A stretch of 64,000 nt of DNA, from positions 736,001-800,000 of the forward strand of contig CAXXLX010000001.1 in assembly GCA_963665235.2 (NCBI GenBank). Reading direction: 5' to 3'. A model generated the notes under the pieces. The model was not told the DNA's origin. It searched no databases and saw only the letters and a program-made list of their open reading frames with translations. Source of the stretch: Candidatus Poribacteria bacterium (GTDB lineage Bacteria > Poribacteria > WGA-4E > WGA-3G). This document shows, piece by piece, positions 58,508-64,000 of the stretch (the first letter of the stretch is position 1; each line of letters begins with the position of its first letter). The position numbers and the translations under genes are program-made.

Positions 58508-59389
58508 ATGCTAATAAATTTGCAGTTATTAGACCCCTTGTTGGAGCTTGCCTTTGCAGAGGACATCGGTATAGGCGACATTACGACTGAAGCGACAGTG
58601 TCCCCCTCCCAACAAGGCGTTGGCAGAATGCATGCGAAGAGTCCGGGCATTGTGGCTGGGCTGCCTGTCGCTGAGCGGGTTTTTGAGAAGTTAGATGCTA
58701 CGATAGTTAAAAATAGTGGGCAACCTGCACCGTCGTGCCGTTTTCGTGCGTTGGTGAACGATGGCGATTCGGTTTCGGCAGGGACAGCAATTGCTGAGGT
58801 GCACGGCAGTGCCAAAACAATCCTGAGTGGCGAACGAACGGCACTCAATTTTCTACAACGACTCTCTGGGATAGCGACGCTCACTTCGCAATTTGTCAAG
58901 GCGGTTTCGGACTACGATGTAAAAATCGTGGATACGCGGAAAACAGCCCCCGGGTGGCGTGCGGTACAGAAATACGCAGTGCGGGTTGGCGGTGGACACA
59001 ACCACCGCTTTGGTCTGTACGATGCTGTGCTTATCAAGGATAACCATATTGTCGCTGCGGGGGGGATACAGAGTGCTGTTCAAAAAGCACGACAGATTAT
59101 GCCACACACTGCAAAGATTGAAGTTGAGGTTGAGACCGTTGAACAGGTTGACGAAGCACTCGCAGCAGGGGTTGACATTTTACTGCTTGACAACATGCCC
59201 CTCAGCATCATGGAACGGGTTGTTAAACAGGTTGGCAACCGCGTGCTCACCGAAGCCTCCGGTGGAATTACGTTAGAAAGCGTGCAAGCTGTTGCAGCGA
59301 CAGGTGTTCAGCTCATCTCTGTCGGAGCATTGACCCATTCCGCCATGCCGATGGATATTAGTCTAACCCTTTCACTACTTGATGGATAG
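58508..59389 (+). CDS. nadC: Quinolinate phosphoribosyltransferase
   Basis: EDIGIGDITT, ERTALNFLQRLSGIAT, DTRKT.PG, NHRFGLYD..LIKDNH, LLDNM, EASGG. Confidence 0.97.
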   Translation: MLINLQLLDPLLELAFAEDIGIGDITTEATVSPSQQGVGRMHAKSPGIVAGLPVAERVFEKLDATIVKNSGQPAPSCRFRALVNDGDSVSAGTAIAEVHGSAKTILSGERTALNFLQRLSGIATLTSQFVKAVSDYDVKIVDTRKTAPGWRAVQKYAVRVGGGHNHRFGLYDAVLIKDNHIVAAGGIQSAVQKARQIMPHTAKIEVEVETVEQVDEALAAGVDILLLDNMPLSIMERVVKQVGNRVLTEASGGITLESVQAVAATGVQLISVGALTHSAMPMDISLTLSLLDG

Positions 59390-59408
59390 GGTACCTTCTT
59401 AACCATTA

Positions 59409-59951
59409 CTGAACTTTGGACAATTTTAGGGGTGCGTCCAGTCAAAGGGATAGGTGGAAGGGTGGAAGAATGGAAGAATGGAAGAATGGAAGGATGGAAG
59501 GATGGAAGAGGGGAAGAATGGAAGAGGGGATTTCGCGGGTGTTGTCTGAATCGCGGATTACACAGAGGACGCGGAGAACGCGGAAAAAGAGGGGTTGGCT
59601 AAAATCTATAAACATATCGCAATTTAGCAATTGGCAATTAGCAATTGGCAATTGGAAACCAGAGAAAGAGAAATCTGGAGCGCGTCAAAGCGCATTTTAG
59701 AATCACAACATCTTGCTAATGGTTTCCAATAGCCATAAACCAACAGCCAATATTCTATAAACATATCGCCCCGCTGGGGCTAGTTTGTGATGTGGTTGCG
59801 TTATCTATAAACATTCCGCCCCGCTGGGGCTGCGTTTTCGCACATCCTATCCTATTTTTCTCCTATTTGTCCTTGTGTGAGAAACTTAGAGAAAAATCAG
59901 AAATGCTTTGAAAATCGGGCATTAGTCTCACGGATATTGTCCAAACTATAG
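59409..59951 (-). mobile_element. MITE-D, complete, inverted orientation
   Basis: CTGAACTTTGGACAATT...TTGTCCAAACTATAG; no matching TSD. Confidence 0.82.
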
Positions 59952-59986
59952 TATACCCTCAACGAACGGCAAGGAAATATTAAAAA

Positions 59987-61081
59987 ATGCAAGAAGAATC
60001 GGTGGGACGAACCCTGACCCGCGAAAATATGATTCGCGGGGTGCTTATTTTCACGTTCTGTACGTTAGTCGGGTTATTGCTCAGTTTTTTGTGGAGCGGG
60101 ACGCAAGATGACTTAAGGAGCGGGACGCAAGATTTAAAGCAGGTCCTCTTCGGCATGCGGTTCGAACTTCTGCCCTGGGCGTTCCTGTGCATGGTTTTGG
60201 ATTGGTTTTGTGGGGGGATGCGGTTTCATATCTTCGTAAAAAAGGTGTTTCCTACGCTACGCGTGCGCGATAGTCTTCGGGCAGTTTTAGCAACGCTCTG
60301 TGTTTCAGCGATTACACCGTTCCAGACAGGTGGCGTTGGGCATCTCTATATTTATGCACGAGTAGGGGTTCCGTTATCAGGCGCGATAACATCGGGTATT
60401 ATCGCCTTTCTTTCGACTTTAATTATCTTAATTATTGCAGCATGCGGTATACTCTACCTGGACCCCGCCTTTGTTCCGAAAGGGACGACGTTGGTGAGTC
60501 TATTTAGTTTTCTGATATTTAGTCTGGTAACAACGACATTTCTGTTGTTGCTTCTGAAACCGGAGATAGTGTTCCGTGTTTTTGATTGGATTTGTGCTGC
60601 TGCCCGGCGTAGGTTTCCTCGCATCGCGCCTTTCCTAGAACGTGCCGTGCTTAAAGTAGAAGAACTCGTTACGGAACATAAAACGTTCAGTCAGATGTTT
60701 ATTCGTCAACATAAAGGAGTTTGTGCGCTCAGCCTGCTGCTCACCTGCGGTTTTCTCGGTGCTCGTGTCCTCGGCAGCTATGTCGTCGTCAAAGCCTTGA
60801 ACGGCGATGCAACCCTGTGGGAACTCACTGTTATTGGGATGCTGCTCAACTTCGTTCTGCTGTTCGCACCAACGCCAGGTGCAAGCGGCGTGGCGGAGCT
60901 TGCAACAGGCGGATTGGTTGGTAAACTGATTGCTACCAAATTGGTAACACCCTATGTGCTGCTGACGCGCTTTTTCACTGTTTATTCTACTGTCATTGCG
61001 GGAGGGATTGTTATCGGTGGACAATTGGTGAAGGATTTTAAAGGGAGTAAACATCCGCCAAATGCCGACATAGAGCCGTGA
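59987..61081 (+). CDS. Lysylphosphatidylglycerol synthase TM-region (flippase-like) membrane protein
   Basis: Multiple TM segments, SAITPFQTGG, APTPGASGVAE, L.RFFT.Y. Confidence 0.85.
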   Translation: MQEESVGRTLTRENMIRGVLIFTFCTLVGLLLSFLWSGTQDDLRSGTQDLKQVLFGMRFELLPWAFLCMVLDWFCGGMRFHIFVKKVFPTLRVRDSLRAVLATLCVSAITPFQTGGVGHLYIYARVGVPLSGAITSGIIAFLSTLIILIIAACGILYLDPAFVPKGTTLVSLFSFLIFSLVTTTFLLLLLKPEIVFRVFDWICAAARRRFPRIAPFLERAVLKVEELVTEHKTFSQMFIRQHKGVCALSLLLTCGFLGARVLGSYVVVKALNGDATLWELTVIGMLLNFVLLFAPTPGASGVAELATGGLVGKLIATKLVTPYVLLTRFFTVYSTVIAGGIVIGGQLVKDFKGSKHPPNADIEP

Positions 61082-61116
61082 AAAAAACCATAACTGATAA
61101 TTGCTAAAGGAGAAAT

Positions 61117-62034
61117 ATGCAACACACTATTAAGAAAATTGAACCTACCACAACGAAAGTAGGTTGGATTGGCACCGGTGTAATGGGACGCTGGATGTGC
61201 CAACATTTAATGGACCTCGGATACGAAATGACTGTCTATAACCGGACGCAATCAAAGGCGGAGCCCCTGATAGATGCAGGTGCGACTTGGGTAGATTCTC
61301 CAAGTGAAGTTGCCACCGCTTCGGATGTTATCTTCACGATTGTCGGGTTTCCGCCCGATGTACGGGAGGTCTATCTAGGCGATACCGGTATTTTGAAGGG
61401 TGCCAAGGCTGGCAGTATCCTCGTCGATATGACGACAACGGAGCCATCTCTTGCAATAAACATTTATGCCGAAGCGCAGGCTCAACAGGTTAGTTCTGTG
61501 GACGCGCCCGTTTCAGGGGGGGATGTCGGTGCACGCGAAGCGCGCCTCTCTATCATGGTCGGCGGCGACGAGACGGCTGTGCAAGCTGTGATGCCGCTCC
61601 TCTCAGCGATGGGGAAAAACATTGTCCATCAAGGTGGAGCAGGCGCAGGGCAGCACACCAAAATGTGCAATCAGATTACTATCTCCGGCACCATGATTGG
61701 TGTCTGTGAGGCGTTGCTTTATGGCCACAAAGCGGGATTGGATTTGGAAACCATGTTATCCTCAATTAGCGGCGGCGCAGCTGCCTGTTGGTCATTAGAT
61801 AACTTAGCTCCCCGTGTCCTTAAACGCAATTTTGACCCGGGATTCTTCGTTGAGCACTTCATTAAAGATATGCGTATCGCTTTAGACGAGGCGCGCAAGA
61901 TGAATCTGAGCCTTCCTGGGCTTGCCTTAGTCCATCAACTCTATACCGCGGTGCAAGCACAGGGGCACGGCCGTTTAGGCACGCAAGCCTTGATGTTGGC
62001 GTTAGAGCAGATGTCCGGGACAGAAGTGAACTAG
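61117..62034 (+). CDS. NAD(P)-dependent beta-hydroxyacid dehydrogenase (3-hydroxyisobutyrate/tartronate semialdehyde family)
   Basis: [30 protein letters not shown]. Confidence 0.92.
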   Translation: MQHTIKKIEPTTTKVGWIGTGVMGRWMCQHLMDLGYEMTVYNRTQSKAEPLIDAGATWVDSPSEVATASDVIFTIVGFPPDVREVYLGDTGILKGAKAGSILVDMTTTEPSLAINIYAEAQAQQVSSVDAPVSGGDVGAREARLSIMVGGDETAVQAVMPLLSAMGKNIVHQGGAGAGQHTKMCNQITISGTMIGVCEALLYGHKAGLDLETMLSSISGGAAACWSLDNLAPRVLKRNFDPGFFVEHFIKDMRIALDEARKMNLSLPGLALVHQLYTAVQAQGHGRLGTQALMLALEQMSGTEVN

Positions 62035-62078
62035 GACGATATGTTTAGAGAGTGGCGTTTGTAGAAGTACTTACGTCC

Positions 62079-62202
62079 TGAAGATTAATTTTTAAATTCG
62101 GTAATTTGGGAACGGGTGATAAATCACCCTACTACGAGCTCTTATGTTTGTAGTAGGGCAATTCATTGCCCGTCGATTACCGAACTATTTATTTAAACTT
62201 CA
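62079..62202 (+). mobile_element. MITE-C: IS630-type ends enclosing an inverted pair of GTAG REPs
   Basis: TGAAGATTAATTTTTAAATTCGGTAAT...ATTACCGAACTATTTATTTAAACTTCA resembles the IS630 TIRs; REPs at 62112-62135 (minus) and 62150-62173 (plus). Confidence 0.85.
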
Positions 62203-62280
62203 TCAAAGCGCGCCTACAAATAGCGCGGATGGCCTACAAACGTTGGGGCTCGCCTGTAGGGAATAAAGGGGAGGCGCGGT

Positions 62281-63384
62281 TTAAGACTCTAGGCGCATCG
62301 GCATGATGACGCACAGATGCTCTTCATCCCCCATAGGTTTAATAGCGAATTGTGTAAACTCTCCCGCAAACTCTAAGATGAGAGATTCTGTCTCTATGCT
62401 CGATAAGACACCTATCAGCACGCGGGCATCAACGCCGAGGCGGACGCTCCCAGTCCCAGATTCTACAGGGAGGGTTTCAAGTGCCTCTCCAAGTTCGGGG
62501 GACTTCGCTGAAATCCGTATCTGTTCCGTATCCATCTCTAAACAGGTCAAAAAATTGTTCGGATTTGACAACTGTGAGACTCGCTTCGTTGCCCGTAAGA
62601 TGGCATCCTTTGATACAACGACACGGCCCTCAGAGCCCTTTGGTATAACCTCCTGGTACTTCGGATATTCCCCCTCCACTAAACGGGTTGTCAAAGTGGT
62701 GTTGTCATTCTCGAGGAGGAGTTGATTCTCTGCGAGTGAAATTTTCACCTCGGCTGAATCCGCGAAGATACGTTGAATCTCTTTAACCGCCTTCAGCGGT
62801 ACGATAAAGCCGCTGACTCCTTCAGGCGTGTCAAGCGGCGCACAATGCACTAAAGCGAGCTGTTTGGTTCCATCCGTTGCAACCACTTCGGTTTTATCTT
62901 CAAGCAGATTGAAATAGAGGCCGTTCAGAAAATAGCGTACTTCATCTCTTGACGCGGCAAATTCTGTTTTGTGAATGACTGAGCCGAGGGTTTCTCCAGC
63001 AATCGTTATCGCTTCGCCATCAACAGAGGGGAGTTGTGGAAAATCTTCATCGGAAAGCCCGATAATCTTGTAAACCCCATCGCCACACGTCAGTTCAACC
63101 CGGTCGTTTGCGGTTGTAACGACGTCAATCGGTTTGTTCGGCAATTCCTTAACGATATCCGCCAATTTTTTGGCAGAAACCGTAATGCCTCCCTCTTCCC
63201 GGATAGTTCCAACCACTTTGATTTTGATGCCAACTTCCAAATCGGTAGCCGAAAATTCAATGTTCCCTTCTTCGGCACGAATGAGGACGTTAGACAGTAT
63301 TGGCAAGGTGTTACGACCACTTGCTACACCTTGAACTAGTTGTAAGGAATATAAGAGTTCATCTCTTTCAAAAACGAGTTCCAT
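62281..63384 (-). CDS. dnaN: DNA polymerase III beta sliding clamp
   Basis: LPILSNVLI, ATDLEVGI, R.FLNG, VATDG, RL.EG.YP.Y, IMPMR; RBS AGGAG. Confidence 0.95.
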   Translation of the reverse strand: MELVFERDELLYSLQLVQGVASGRNTLPILSNVLIRAEEGNIEFSATDLEVGIKIKVVGTIREEGGITVSAKKLADIVKELPNKPIDVVTTANDRVELTCGDGVYKIIGLSDEDFPQLPSVDGEAITIAGETLGSVIHKTEFAASRDEVRYFLNGLYFNLLEDKTEVVATDGTKQLALVHCAPLDTPEGVSGFIVPLKAVKEIQRIFADSAEVKISLAENQLLLENDNTTLTTRLVEGEYPKYQEVIPKGSEGRVVVSKDAILRATKRVSQLSNPNNFLTCLEMDTEQIRISAKSPELGEALETLPVESGTGSVRLGVDARVLIGVLSSIETESLILEFAGEFTQFAIKPMGDEEHLCVIMPMRLES

Positions 63385-63423
63385 CGCAAAAGCTCCTATA
63401 GATTTTAATTTAGGTATTCAAAA

Positions 63424-63452
63424 ATTATACGATAAAAAAACATTAAAGTCAA
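63424..63452 (-). promoter_or_regulatory. sigma70 promoter of dnaN
   Basis: TTGACT-N17-TATAAT, about 40 bp upstream of the ATG. Confidence 0.7.
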
Positions 63453-63779
63453 GTCTTTTTTTACTTTATGTTAAAAAATTGTGCCATCACAACGATATTG
63501 TGTTTGTAGGTCCGGTTGAACATAGACACCCAATAGATTATATTGTCCTAAAAGAGGTGGCTTCATGTCTATATTATCACAAGTTCCGAATAAAATGCAA
63601 GAGATTCTCCAAACAAGGGTAAAGTTTTTGTCACAGGGATTGTCTGAATGCACGTCGCATTTGGGCGAGTACGCCGCAAATCGCGGATTATCGCGGAGAA
63701 CGCGGAAAACGCGGAATTAAGAGGGTCTTTGTTCCCGACCCGTTTCTTGTACAAGGAAATGTCCGGGCCACAAAATCGT

Positions 63780-63912
63780 TTTCCGTGTCCTCTATGTTCT
63801 CCGTGCCTTCTGCGATTCAGACATCCAGTCTATGGAAAACACCACAACCCCAGCCTTTCACCTATCCCTTTGACAAGAACGTTACACACCCCTAAAATTG
63901 TCCAAAGTTTAG
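63780..63912 (+). mobile_element. MITE-D right-end fragment (left boundary approximate)
   Basis: TTGACA-N17-TAAAAT followed by TGTCCAAAGTTTAG. Confidence 0.7.
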
Positions 63913-64000
63913 TATTTTTTTTAAGTTGATATTTTTTGTAACCGAGGTGCGGATACAAACGTAATTCATTATAGTTCAGAATATTAAGCGCGTGCAACAT

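Noticed and set aside
60092-60135. 24-bp in-frame duplications (SGTQDDLRSGTQDL; also EVRELMKT at about 15037-15090)
   Set aside because: Ordinary short slippage duplications with no further structure.

Overview
Bacterial chromosomal window, probably Candidatus Poribacteria or a close relative. This is inferred from gene content: WD40, YWTD and C-type-lectin secreted proteins with 'V.P..KL.TTW..vK' and 'LLQNFPNPFNPETWIPF' tails, a sulfatase, a Gfo/Idh/MocA enzyme and an extended ECF sigma. The core is a minus-strand MoxR-DUF58-BatA/vWA-vWA-large coiled protein-prenyltransferase cluster (about 20-52 kb) with foreign cargo at most gene junctions. The cargo includes an IsrB (OMEGA) RNA-guided nickase element with its omegaRNA, inserted directly against the ATG of the next gene; an REase-STAND (Avs/NLR-like) candidate defence gene; and lectin and carboxypeptidase-regulatory-domain paralogs. 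Intergenic DNA is a nested system of non-autonomous elements. At least five MITE families, defined by their own terminal inverted repeats and target duplications, carry GTAG-type or GCCCC/GGGGC REP hairpins. These hairpins covary and expand into spacer-less head-to-tail arrays of 1-27 copies. One MITE family has an outward sigma70 promoter that consistently faces gene 3' ends, one REP is read in frame inside a protein, and one dispersed leader supplies the RBS and ATG of three unrelated genes. An intact IS630 sits inside one of these MITEs. The right part holds housekeeping genes (nadC, dnaN). No CRISPR array, rRNA or tRNA was recognised. All assignments are by eye; no searches were run.
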